Below, in pieces: positions 19,740 to 30,154 of a stretch of DNA of 64,000 nt; the stretch's first letter is position 1, and the number at the start of each line of letters is the position of its first letter. A model generated the notes under the pieces. It had not been told where the DNA came from. It was given only the letters and a program-made list of their open reading frames with translations, and made no database searches. The DNA comes from an uncultured candidatus Porisulfidus sp. Its GTDB lineage: Bacteria > Pseudomonadota > Gammaproteobacteria > Poriferisulfidales > Poriferisulfidaceae. The stretch lies in the NCBI GenBank assembly GCA_965116525.1, contig OZ220694.1:758702-822701 (forward strand). Reading direction: 5' to 3'. The translations under genes were made by a program, and so were the position numbers.

Positions 19740-21095
19740 TCAACCGCTATCCATTTTACCCACTGACCGGCCTTCCATGAAAGGGGTCAGTCGGCGACGG
19801 TTCATCGCGATCAGCAGAAGGCTCGGAATCACCATCAGGGTCGTAATCACAAAAAACAGCGGCCAGTCTCCGCCCAGCCCGTCAATCAGGATGCCGCTGC
19901 CGGCGGCGAGCAGGGTCCGGGACAGCGTCCCGAGAGACGCCAACGCCGCATATTGAGTGGCCGTCCAGTTCCGGTCGCACAACTGCGACAGGAAGGCGAC
20001 GAAGGCGACCGTGGAGATGGCGGTGGTGAACTGGTCGGCGATCACGGCGACCACGAACAACCACGACGACGGGTACCAGGCCAGCAACGCGAACAGGAGA
20101 TTGGTCAACGCCATCGCCACGCCGCCGATAATGATTCCGCGAAGCAGGCCGTAGCGGGCATTGATCAGGCTTCCGAGCACGGCGAAAATGGCGATGGAGA
20201 TCGCACCGTACCCTTTGGAGTACAACGCGATGTCGGACTTGGAAAAGCCGATTTCTGTATAGAACACCAGCGACATCCGCCCCAGGAAGGCCTCTCCTAT
20301 TTTGAACAGGAAGATCGCCACCAGCAGGAAGACCGCGAGCTGCGCTCCGTAGCGCACCACGAAACTCCGGACCGGACGCACATACATCTCCAAGAGATAA
20401 CCCCCCCAGTCAGCGGGCCGGGGCGCTTCCCGCCGGGGACGGTCCGGTTCCGGCACCAACCAGAGAAATAACCCAACCAACACCCCCACCAGCAAGATCA
20501 GCCACAAATAGCCGTGCTGCCAAGCCCGTTCGACACCGGCTTCCTGCATCCGCTCCACCAGCCACAGGGCGAGTCCCCCGCCCAATCCGTACCCGATCCA
20601 CCAGCCGGAGGTCGCCATCGCCGAGCCTCCGCCGACCTTGCGCGGTTCGTCTTCACGGAACTGTTCGATTCGCAGGGCATCGATCGCGACATCCTGGGTC
20701 GCACCGGCGGCCGCCAGCACTACCGCCCAGACCGCGATCCACTCAAGCTGCCCAGCAGGCTCCAGGCGCGACAGCGCCGCCAGGCACACGACGATCACCG
20801 TCTGCATGGCGACAATCCATGAACGCCGGGGACCCAGCCAGCGGGTCAAGCCGGGAAGGCGCACCGCATCCACGATCGGGGCCCATGCGACATTGACCGC
20901 GTAAACCACCAGCACGAGGCCGAACAGGCCGATGTCCGTCCGGCTGAAACCGCTTTCCTGCAGCCACAGGGTCATCATGGACAGCACCGCGACCTGCGGC
21001 AGGCCGCTCAGCATGCCGATCAAAAGGATCCGCACCATCCGGATGTCCCGGTACATGGCCAGAGCCTCGCGCCAACTCAGCGTATGGATTTCCAT
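19740..21095 (-). CDS. ampG: AmpG-family muropeptide MFS permease
   Basis: 451-aa polytopic MFS protein with AmpG-like conserved blocks (DIGLFGLV..., GYGLGGG). Confidence 0.75.
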   Translation of the reverse strand: MEIHTLSWREALAMYRDIRMVRILLIGMLSGLPQVAVLSMMTLWLQESGFSRTDIGLFGLVLVVYAVNVAWAPIVDAVRLPGLTRWLGPRRSWIVAMQTVIVVCLAALSRLEPAGQLEWIAVWAVVLAAAGATQDVAIDALRIEQFREDEPRKVGGGSAMATSGWWIGYGLGGGLALWLVERMQEAGVERAWQHGYLWLILLVGVLVGLFLWLVPEPDRPRREAPRPADWGGYLLEMYVRPVRSFVVRYGAQLAVFLLVAIFLFKIGEAFLGRMSLVFYTEIGFSKSDIALYSKGYGAISIAIFAVLGSLINARYGLLRGIIIGGVAMALTNLLFALLAWYPSSWLFVVAVIADQFTTAISTVAFVAFLSQLCDRNWTATQYAALASLGTLSRTLLAAGSGILIDGLGGDWPLFFVITTLMVIPSLLLIAMNRRRLTPFMEGRSVGKMDSG

Positions 21096-21102
21096 CGCGT
21101 CC

Positions 21103-21869
21103 TCATTCGGGCAACTCGTAGTCCATGATTAGCGGCGCGTGGTCGGAGAACCGCCGATCCTTGTAGATGCGGACGCGGCGGGCGCAGTTCGCGAGATTCC
21201 GCGACACCACCTGGTAGTCGATCCGCCAGCCCACGTTCTTGTCCCAGGCCCGGCCGCGATTGGACCACCACGTGTACTGCTCGGGTCTCGCATCGACCTC
21301 CGGAAGGCATCCACGAATCCACCTTTTCCGAATACCTGGTCCATCCAGGCACGCTCTTCCGGCAGGAAACCCGAATTCTTCCGGTTCGAACGCCAGTTCT
21401 TCAGGTCGATTTCGCGATGCGCGATGTTCCAGTCGCCGCATATGAGGGCGCGCCGGCGTCGCAGTGACTGAAGGTGCGGCATGAATTCGTCCATGAACCG
21501 GTATTTCGCCTGCTGACGCTCATCGCTTGAAGACCCGGACGGTGCATACAGGGAAATGACCGACAGGCGGCCGAAGCGCGCCTCAAGATAGCGCCCTTCT
21601 CGGTCGAATTCAGCCGATCCGAATCCCTCGATGATCCGATCCGGCCGATCCCGCGTAAACAGACCTACGCCGCTGTAGCCGGGACGTTCGGCTGGATGGT
21701 AGTAGCAGTGGAACGACTTCGGGTAGAAGGCCGGGGTGTCGATCTGATCCAGGTGGGCCTTGAGTTCCTGCAAGCAGACCACGTCCGCCCGCTGGCGGGC
21801 CAGCCACCGGAAAAATCCCTTGCGCTCAGCGCTGCGGATACCGTTCACATTGACCGTGATTATGCGCAT
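21103..21869 (-). pseudogene. xth: Exodeoxyribonuclease III (xth) with an apparent 1-nt frameshift at about 21299-21305; either an authentic pseudogene or a sequencing error
   Basis: N-terminal 190 aa (MRIITVNVNGIRSAERKGFFRWL...GDWNIAHREIDL...GFVDAFR) lie in one frame. The C-terminal EQYTWWSNRGRAWDKNVGWRIDYQVVS...DHAPL lies in the -1 frame. The junction falls in CCGGAGG, where CCGGGAGG would restore ...FREVDARPEQYTWW. Confidence 0.6.
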
Positions 21870-21943
21870 GCCAGCCAAGCTCCCCGCTGCATCAGATAGA
21901 ATTGGAGCCGAAATCCCCACACATTGGCATGCCGCCCCCCTCT

Positions 21944-22594
21944 ATGACCCCGCCAACAGACTATCGGGACGCGTTTCTGCGGCTTGCGCTCGAGTACGAA
22001 TGCTTGAAATTTGGCGATTTCACATTGAAATCGGGCCGCAAGAGCCCGTATTTCTTCAATGCCGGGGCTTTCAACGACGGCGCGGCACTGGAACAGGTCG
22101 GCACGTTTTACGCCCAAGCCGCCGCCGAAACTGACATCCAATTCGACATGCTGTTCGGCCCGGCCTACAAGGGCATCCCCCTGGCCACCGTCGCCGCCTG
22201 CGCCTTCCAGCGCCTGTACGGTCGAACCGTGCCGGTGGGCTTTGACCGAAAGGAAGTCAAGGATCATGGCGACCAGGGGCACACTTTCGGCGCCCCAATC
22301 GAGGGCCGGGTGCTTCTCGTGGATGACGTGATCTCGTCCGGCATCACGGTCCGAGGCTCGGTCGACCTGATTCGCTCGCTTGGCGCCACGCCTGTCGGAC
22401 TGCTCATCCTGATGGACCGCGGCGAGCGCGGGCAGGGACAACTCTCTGCGGCACAAGAACTTGAAGAGCATAGTGGAATTCCGGTCATCTCGGTTGCGTG
22501 CGCCAGTGATTTCCACCAGTTCCTGAAAGACGTCCCGCAGTATCAGCAGCATCACGAGCAAGTCGAGGACTATCTCAGGCAGTACGGGGCTTAG
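21944..22594 (+). CDS. pyrE: Orotate phosphoribosyltransferase
   Basis: PRPP-binding motif VLLVDDVISSGIT. The internal start MTPPTDYRDAFL gives the typical length of about 215 aa. Confidence 0.85.
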   Translation: MTPPTDYRDAFLRLALEYECLKFGDFTLKSGRKSPYFFNAGAFNDGAALEQVGTFYAQAAAETDIQFDMLFGPAYKGIPLATVAACAFQRLYGRTVPVGFDRKEVKDHGDQGHTFGAPIEGRVLLVDDVISSGITVRGSVDLIRSLGATPVGLLILMDRGERGQGQLSAAQELEEHSGIPVISVACASDFHQFLKDVPQYQQHHEQVEDYLRQYGA

Positions 22595-23405
22595 CCGCGG
22601 AACGCAAGCGGTCACGCACCGGCTCAGTATCGGGGCGTACGCCGTGCCACAGCTCGAAACTTTCCGCAGCCTGCTCCACCAACATCCCAAGCCCATCGCA
22701 GACGCGGGCGCAACCCGCCTGACGAGCCCAGGCCAGAAATGCCGTGTCGGCACCGTACATCAAGTCGTAGCAGACCGTCTGCTCCACATCAAGGATTGAA
22801 GCCGGCAAACTCATCGGCGAATCCGACAATCCCGCCGCCGTGGCATTGAGGATCAGGTCGAAGGAAGCGTTGCCCAAATCCCCCAGTCCACATGCTGCCA
22901 AGTTGGCAGAGGCATCGTACGACGCGACCAATACATGCGCACGCTCAGGGGTGCGGTTGGCCACGGTAAGGGACTGAGGGGCGCACGCCAATAAAGGACC
23001 CAGGATGCCCCGGGCCGCGCCGCCCGCGCCCAGCAGCAGAATCCGCATGCCGGACAGGTCCAGACCCAGCGTTTCGGTGAGGTCGCGAACCAGGCCGCTG
23101 CCATCGGTATTGTCAGCAACGACGGCATCTTCTCCAAAGGACAGCCAGTTCGCTGCGCCCGCCGCACGGGCGTGCGGCATGACCTGTGCTGCCAACCCTA
23201 GCGCTGCTTCCTTGTGCGGCACGGTCACGTTGAGACCGCGCCCGCCCGCCTGCCGAAACTCCTGCACGGCAGCCTCGAAATCGGCCGCCGAGACATTCAA
23301 CTGCCGGTAGTGAATCTCCTTGCCGGTCTGCGCCGCGAACCAGGCATGGATCACCGGCGACAGGCTGTGCGTGACCGGATCCCCGATGACGGCATAGCGC
23401 TCCAC
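22575..23405 (-). CDS. aroE: Shikimate dehydrogenase
   Basis: N-terminus AVIGDPVTHSLSPVIHAWFAAQTG, NADP-binding GAGGAARG, and length 276 aa. Confidence 0.85.
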   Translation of the reverse strand: MERYAVIGDPVTHSLSPVIHAWFAAQTGKEIHYRQLNVSAADFEAAVQEFRQAGGRGLNVTVPHKEAALGLAAQVMPHARAAGAANWLSFGEDAVVADNTDGSGLVRDLTETLGLDLSGMRILLLGAGGAARGILGPLLACAPQSLTVANRTPERAHVLVASYDASANLAACGLGDLGNASFDLILNATAAGLSDSPMSLPASILDVEQTVCYDLMYGADTAFLAWARQAGCARVCDGLGMLVEQAAESFELWHGVRPDTEPVRDRLRSAAKPRTA

Positions 23406-23411
23406 GGATTG

Positions 23412-24419
<1,008 letters not shown>

Positions 24420-24497
24420 TTAAGTTTAGGGGATTGCGGCCATTTCCGGAAACCGGAGCGGTCTCCCAGATCACAGGGAGACTACAATATAAGGCCA

Positions 24498-25007
24498 ATG
24501 CGCCGGATCCGAAACCTCCATCTCCTTGGCCTCGTCATCTGCTTGGCCGCCCTCGCTTTTGGTTACTTGTACCTGGAGCACACCCTGGGCCTTGAACCCT
24601 GTCCGCTGTGCATCCTGGACCGGATTATCTTCATCGCATTGGCCGTTGTCTTTGCGCTGGCTTACTTCCAGCGACCCAATGCAGGGGAACGGATTGGCTA
24701 CGACGTCGGCGCGCTAATCATAAGCCTGGGCGGGGTCGGAATCGCCGCACGGCACGTCTACCTCCAAAACCGTCCGGCGGATACCCTGGGCGACTGCGGC
24801 GCGGGATTCTGGCACATGCTTGACCGATTCGGCCTTGAGGGAGCAGTGTCCTCCGCATTGCAGGGCAGTGGCGATTGCGGCAGCATTCAGTGGACGTTCC
24901 TAGGCCTGTCAATCCCTGCCCTGACCCTGGGCCTTTTTGTGGTATTGTTCCTTTTGTCACTGACCGACATGATTGTTGCCATCCGGAACCGTCACAAGGA
25001 GTTCTGA
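24498..25007 (+). CDS. dsbB: Disulfide bond formation protein B
   Basis: 169-aa four-TM protein with the periplasmic-loop cysteine pairs (LEPCPLCI and DCGAGFW...CGS). Only the C-terminal part of a long spurious ORF is taken as the gene. Confidence 0.8.
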   Translation: MRRIRNLHLLGLVICLAALAFGYLYLEHTLGLEPCPLCILDRIIFIALAVVFALAYFQRPNAGERIGYDVGALIISLGGVGIAARHVYLQNRPADTLGDCGAGFWHMLDRFGLEGAVSSALQGSGDCGSIQWTFLGLSIPALTLGLFVVLFLLSLTDMIVAIRNRHKEF

Positions 25008-25008
25008 C

Positions 25009-25437
25009 ATGAAATACGTAAGTTTTGGTACTCTCGCCCTCGTCGCGAGCCTGGCTCTGTCTCCCCTGCAAGCCGAAATGCCCCGGCAGCCCGCGCCCGA
25101 AGGCTCTGGTGTGTATTTCATCGAACCCGCCGATGGCGCAACCGTCCAGTCCCCCTTCAAGGTGTCATTCGGCCTGCACGGCATGGGAGTCGCTCCGGCC
25201 GGCGTAGACAAGCCGGACACCGGACACCACCACCTGCTGATCAACTCCCCGGAAGTCGATCTCGGCATGCCGTTGGCTAAAACCGACCAGGTCCGCCATT
25301 TCGGCGGCGGACAGACGGAAACCATGCTGACGCTGGAGCCGGGCAGCTACACCCTCCAGCTGGTGTTGGGAGATTACGCGCATATCCCGCACGACCCGCC
25401 GGTCGTGTCTGGGACGATTACGGTAACCGTCGAATAA
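25009..25437 (+). CDS. Periplasmic DUF4399-domain protein
   Basis: Signal peptide MKYVSFGTLALVASLALSPLQA followed by a beta-rich domain with a DTGHHH motif typical of DUF4399. Confidence 0.55.
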   Translation: MKYVSFGTLALVASLALSPLQAEMPRQPAPEGSGVYFIEPADGATVQSPFKVSFGLHGMGVAPAGVDKPDTGHHHLLINSPEVDLGMPLAKTDQVRHFGGGQTETMLTLEPGSYTLQLVLGDYAHIPHDPPVVSGTITVTVE

Positions 25438-26349
25438 TCAGACCCAGTCCCGGGCGCCCAGAAAGCGCTCGGTCAATTCCGACTCCGGAGAGCCCGGCTC
25501 GGGCTGGTAGTCATAGATCCAGCCGCAGTCCGGCGGGAGCGACATCAGGATCGATTCGGTACGGCGGCTGTTCTGAAGCCCGAACAGCGTGCCCCGATCG
25601 TACAGCAGGTTGAACTCGGCATAGCGCCCACGACGGTATTTCTGGAAAGCCCTCTCGCGTTCGCCCCAAGGCGTCTCGCGACGACGCTCCACAATCGGCA
25701 GGTATCCCATGAGAAAGTGGTTCGCGACGGCCTGCATGAACGCAAAGGTCCTCTCGAATCCCCATTCATTGAGATCATCGAAGAACAGTCCGCCGATGCC
25801 GCGCGTCTCGTCGCGGTGCGGCAGGTAGAAGTAGCGGTCGCACCATTCCTTGAATTTCGGATAGACCTCGTCCCCGAAAGGAACACAGGCATCGCGAGCC
25901 GTAGCGTGCCAGTACCGCGCGTCTTCCTCGAATCCGTAGTACGGGGTCAGGTCGAATCCGCCTCCGAACCACCACCGGTCCGTCCCGTCGGGCGCACGGG
26001 CACTGAAGAACCGGACATTGCAGTGTGCTGTGGGCACGTAGGGATTACGCGGATGGGCGACGATCGACACGCCCATCGCGGCGAACGGTTGACCCGCCAG
26101 TTCCGGATGCCGTTCGGTGGCCGCCTCGGGCAGCGCCGTCCCCGATACGTCGGAGAAATTCACGCCCGCCTTCTCGAAGGTTTCACCATCCTCCAGCACC
26201 CGCGTCTCGCCCCGGCTCCCGTCGGGATGGTCCCAAGGATCCCGTTGGAATCTGGCCTCCGGCTCCAATCGCTCCAGTGCGTCGGTCGCCTCTTGCTGGA
26301 ACTTTTCCAGGAAAGCACAGATGGGTCGTGAATCCAGAGGGTCGCTCAT
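25438..26349 (-). CDS. hemF: Oxygen-dependent coproporphyrinogen-III oxidase
   Basis: 303-aa protein with HemF signature blocks ([30 protein letters not shown]). Confidence 0.9.
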   Translation of the reverse strand: MSDPLDSRPICAFLEKFQQEATDALERLEPEARFQRDPWDHPDGSRGETRVLEDGETFEKAGVNFSDVSGTALPEAATERHPELAGQPFAAMGVSIVAHPRNPYVPTAHCNVRFFSARAPDGTDRWWFGGGFDLTPYYGFEEDARYWHATARDACVPFGDEVYPKFKEWCDRYFYLPHRDETRGIGGLFFDDLNEWGFERTFAFMQAVANHFLMGYLPIVERRRETPWGERERAFQKYRRGRYAEFNLLYDRGTLFGLQNSRRTESILMSLPPDCGWIYDYQPEPGSPESELTERFLGARDWV

Positions 26350-26870
26350 GTCGCTTGTGCCGGGCGGATTACCCGCCCCGTCAGCAAATCCCTGATTTCG
26401 CTCGGGCCCTCAGCCCCGCCGAGCGGGCCTTCCACAATTCCGTCTATCGTCGAACCGAACATTTCTCGAACCTCTTCGGACGTTCGTGCCGGGGGCATGC
26501 CCTCCGGATTCGCACTGGTCGAAACCAGGGCCCCCACCTCGAGGCACAGCTCACGGCAGAGAGCGTGGTGAGTGATGCGGACCGCCTGTGTCGTATGCGT
26601 TCCCCGCAGCAGGACCGGCGCATCTTCGGCAGCCGGAACCAGCCAGGTCACCGGCTCTCCCGGGGGTTCCAGTTTAGCCTGTTGCGCCTTGTCCAGAGGC
26701 TGGATATACGGCTCCAGGTCTTCGCAACGAACCGCGATGAGAATCAGTCCCTTGTCCGGGTCTCTTTGTTTTGCTTCCAGTAACCGGCTCACTGCGTCCG
26801 AGTGGCTCGGCAGGCAACCCAGGCCCCAGACTCCTTCAGTCGGATAGGCCAGAACCTTGCCTTCCAGCAA
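26346..26870 (-). CDS. tsaC: L-threonylcarbamoyladenylate synthase (YrdC/TsaC family), probable TTG start
   Basis: YrdC-domain motifs ([21 protein letters not shown]). It overlaps the hemF start by 4 nt. Confidence 0.75.
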   Translation of the reverse strand: MLEGKVLAYPTEGVWGLGCLPSHSDAVSRLLEAKQRDPDKGLILIAVRCEDLEPYIQPLDKAQQAKLEPPGEPVTWLVPAAEDAPVLLRGTHTTQAVRITHHALCRELCLEVGALVSTSANPEGMPPARTSEEVREMFGSTIDGIVEGPLGGAEGPSEIRDLLTGRVIRPAQAT

Positions 26871-26926
26871 TGCCCTGATGCCTTCTCGGGTGTCCAGCGT
26901 ACCGCCGCCCCTGCCGGAGACGCCTC

Positions 26927-29257
26927 CTAGCTTTTACGTTTTGCGCGTGAGGCGCGGCGCTTGCGCGGCGGCGCGGCAGCCAGGAGTTCCTTGCATTGCT
27001 CCAGTGTCAACTCCGCAGGCTCCTCTCCCTTGGGAACCTTTGCGTTGCGCTTGCCGTTCGTGATGTATGGGCCGTACCGGCCGTTGAGCACCTGGATGTC
27101 GTCCACCCCGAAATCCTGGATCGTCCGGTTCGCTTCGCGGTGCTTGTGCTCTGCAATCAGTTCATCTGCCCGCTCGCGCGTCACCGTCATCGGGTCCTCT
27201 TCTTTCGGCAGGGACACGTATTTTTTCGGGCCGTATTTCACGTAGGGTCCGAAACGGCCGATATTGACCTCGATCAGCTCTCCGTCGTCCCCCGCCCCCA
27301 GCGATCTCGGCAGCACCATCAAGTCCATCGCCTCTTCGAACGTAATCGTCTCGAAACTTTGACCCTCGCGAAGGCTCGCGAACCGTGGTTTCTCCTCGTC
27401 TTCCCGGTCCCCGACCTGAACGAACGGCCCGAAGCGCCCGACCCGCACGCGTACCGGCTTGCCAGATTCCGGGTCGGTGCCAAGTTCACGCATCATCTGC
27501 GCCTTCTGGCGGGACACGGTCTTGTTCTTCTCATCCACCTGCTCATGGAACGGTTTCCAGAAACTGTCCACGACCGGGACCCATTGGGTTTCCCCCCGCG
27601 CGACCCGATCCAGAGAATCTTCCAGTTGGGCCGTGAATTCGTAATCGACATACTTCGAGAAGTGCTCGGTCAGGAAATTGCACACCACCTTGCCGAGCGC
27701 GGTCGGAAAGAATGTGCGCTTGTCGAGGTCCGCATACTTGCGGCTGACCAAAGTCGACAAGGTGTCCGCGTAGGTGGAAGGCCGGCCGATGCCGTATTCC
27801 TCCAGGGTCTTGACCAGGCTCGCTTCGGTGTAGCGCGGCGGCGGTTCCGTGAAATGCTGGTTCGCCTTGACCTCCTGAAGCGCCACGGATTCGCCTTCCC
27901 GCAACTCGGGGAGGTAGCGTTCATCGCCGTTATTCCGGCTTCCGTTCGTCGTTGCTTCGTCCGAACCCTCGCGGTACACCTGCATGAACCCGGGGATCCG
28001 CACATGGGAACCCGTCGCCCGCAACTGGGTGCCGGGGCCGCAGCCAAGATCCACGCTGACCTGGTCGATCACGGCCGGGATCATCTGGCAGGCGACGGTC
28101 CGCTTCCAGATCAGTTCATAAAGCTTCTGCTGGTCGTCGCTCAACTTGCCGCGGGTGCTGTCCGGTGTTCGCGCCGAATCCGTCGGGCGGATCGCCTCAT
28201 GCGCTTCCTGCGCATTGCGGGTTCGGGTCTTGTACCGCCGGGGGGTGGACGGCATCTGGTCTTCCCCGTAACGCTCCCCGATCGTCTGCCGGAGATTGTT
28301 CAGCGCCGTGGTCGCAAGCGTGACCGAATCCGTCCGCATATAGGTAATCAGGCCGACCGGGCCAGAACCCAGATCGACGCCCTCGTACAACTGCTGGGCG
28401 ACCTGCATGGTCCTGCGCGCGGAAAAACGCAGCTTGCGCGACGCTTCCTGCTGCAACGTCGAGGTGGTGAACGGCGGTGCTGGGTTGCGTTTGCGCTCCT
28501 TGCGCTCCACCGAATCAACAACCAACCCTCCAGCGTTCGCCTCGACCTGCCCACGAGCCGCATTTGCCTGCTCCTCGTCCGCCAGATCGAATTTTTTCAG
28601 GCGCTCTCCGTTGAGCACGTGCAACTTGGCCGGGAATCCATGTCCGTCCTTGTCCAGAACCGCATCCACGGTCCAGAATTCTCGGGGCTGGAATGCTTCG
28701 ATCTCGCTTTCACGCTCGACGATCAGGCGCAGGGCCGGACTTTGCACGCGGCCCGCCGACAGCTTGGGGGCGATCTTTCGCCACAGCAGCGGCGACAGGT
28801 TGAATCCGACCAGATAGTCGATGGCCCGTCGCGCCTGGTAGGCGTTGACCAGGTCGTCCGACAAATCCCGCGGATGCTCCAGCGCCTCGCGCACCGCCTC
28901 GGGGGTGATCTCGTAGAACACGACCCGGTAGGTCTTCTTCTCGCCCAGCTTCTTGCGCTTGTTGAGCAGGCTGTACAGCGACCACGAGATCGCCTCGCCC
29001 TCGCGGTCCGGGTCGGAGGCCAGATACAGGGTCTCGCAACTCTCGAGCGCACTCGCGATCTTGCGCAGATGCTTTTCGTGCCCCGGAGTCACTTGGTACT
29101 TGAGAGCGTAGTCGCCTTCCGTATCGACGGCCCCGTCCTTCGGAATCAGGTCCTGCACATGGCCGTACGACGCCAGAACCTGGAAGCCTGGGCCCAGGTA
29201 TTTTTCGATAGTCCGGGCTTTCGCCGGAGACTCCACAACAACCAAATTGTTCGACAT
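26927..29257 (-). CDS. topA: DNA topoisomerase I
   Basis: 776-aa protein with an N-terminal TOPRIM domain (MSNNLVVVESPAKARTIEKYLG) and C-terminal zinc-ribbon/basic tail. Confidence 0.9.
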   Translation of the reverse strand: MSNNLVVVESPAKARTIEKYLGPGFQVLASYGHVQDLIPKDGAVDTEGDYALKYQVTPGHEKHLRKIASALESCETLYLASDPDREGEAISWSLYSLLNKRKKLGEKKTYRVVFYEITPEAVREALEHPRDLSDDLVNAYQARRAIDYLVGFNLSPLLWRKIAPKLSAGRVQSPALRLIVERESEIEAFQPREFWTVDAVLDKDGHGFPAKLHVLNGERLKKFDLADEEQANAARGQVEANAGGLVVDSVERKERKRNPAPPFTTSTLQQEASRKLRFSARRTMQVAQQLYEGVDLGSGPVGLITYMRTDSVTLATTALNNLRQTIGERYGEDQMPSTPRRYKTRTRNAQEAHEAIRPTDSARTPDSTRGKLSDDQQKLYELIWKRTVACQMIPAVIDQVSVDLGCGPGTQLRATGSHVRIPGFMQVYREGSDEATTNGSRNNGDERYLPELREGESVALQEVKANQHFTEPPPRYTEASLVKTLEEYGIGRPSTYADTLSTLVSRKYADLDKRTFFPTALGKVVCNFLTEHFSKYVDYEFTAQLEDSLDRVARGETQWVPVVDSFWKPFHEQVDEKNKTVSRQKAQMMRELGTDPESGKPVRVRVGRFGPFVQVGDREDEEKPRFASLREGQSFETITFEEAMDLMVLPRSLGAGDDGELIEVNIGRFGPYVKYGPKKYVSLPKEEDPMTVTRERADELIAEHKHREANRTIQDFGVDDIQVLNGRYGPYITNGKRNAKVPKGEEPAELTLEQCKELLAAAPPRKRRASRAKRKS

Positions 29258-29365
29258 GGCCGATATTACGCGGGAAAGATCTTGGTTCTGCTAATGCAAC
29301 GGTTCTTAATTTAGAGTAGCACGTTTAAGTGGTTCGGCAGGCGCGGCCAAAAATCCGTTCCAGGT

Positions 29366-30100
29366 TTATTCCGAAACTGGAGCGGGCTCGTGCCGGAAAC
29401 ACCAGGCCGTGGGGCTGCGCACCGAATCGCCCGGTGCGGCAATGGCTTGAGGCTCCAGCAACAACGCATAACTGTAGCTGGGGAAAACGGCCACCACCAC
29501 GGCATGCAGCCAGGCCGAAGGCTCCGTCTCTTTGCCTGCGGGAACCACTGTCAACGCAGTGCCAATCGACAGAAATTCCAGACTGCCTGCATCTATACGG
29601 GCCACCGGCCGGGGCAGTGTCTCATTACTCGGCCAGAACCTTGTTACCTCCTGATGGATCGCACGCGCCGGCTCATGAACATCGGCTTCGGTCAGATCGA
29701 AAGTGAGGTGCTGCGGCGGATGCAACTGCGCATCCGGAATCCATGTAAACGGTTCGACTCCATCAATGGAGAAAGCCTCCAACGCCCGGGCATGCGGCTG
29801 GTCGTCATTGCCGAGTCTGGCGCGCTGGATCCAACTGCGTCCGTTGATTTGCACGCGGACCAGAAGATCCCCCGGCCCCACCGGAATCGAGGGTTCGTAG
29901 CCAGGCCACGGGCACCACACCTCGGGCCAGTGCTGGATCTTCTTGACGAAGCGCAGCGCCGCATCGGTCTCGGCTTCTCCCTGGCGCACCAGATAGACAT
30001 GTGGTGCATCGGCACGCAGCCATTCCCCAGCCGGATCCGCCTCGGAAGAGGCGAACGCTGAACCGAAAACCAGAAAAAGAGACAGTACCGCCGGACGCAT
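29366..30100 (-). CDS. Secreted hypothetical protein
   Basis: Signal peptide MRPAVLSLFLVFGSAFASSEA. No family was recognised. Confidence 0.4.
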   Translation of the reverse strand: MRPAVLSLFLVFGSAFASSEADPAGEWLRADAPHVYLVRQGEAETDAALRFVKKIQHWPEVWCPWPGYEPSIPVGPGDLLVRVQINGRSWIQRARLGNDDQPHARALEAFSIDGVEPFTWIPDAQLHPPQHLTFDLTEADVHEPARAIHQEVTRFWPSNETLPRPVARIDAGSLEFLSIGTALTVVPAGKETEPSAWLHAVVVAVFPSYSYALLLEPQAIAAPGDSVRSPTAWCFRHEPAPVSE

Positions 30101-30154
30101 CTGGCAATTTTAAAGCATGGCGTTACACTACGCCCCTCTCGACCTGTCGATCCC

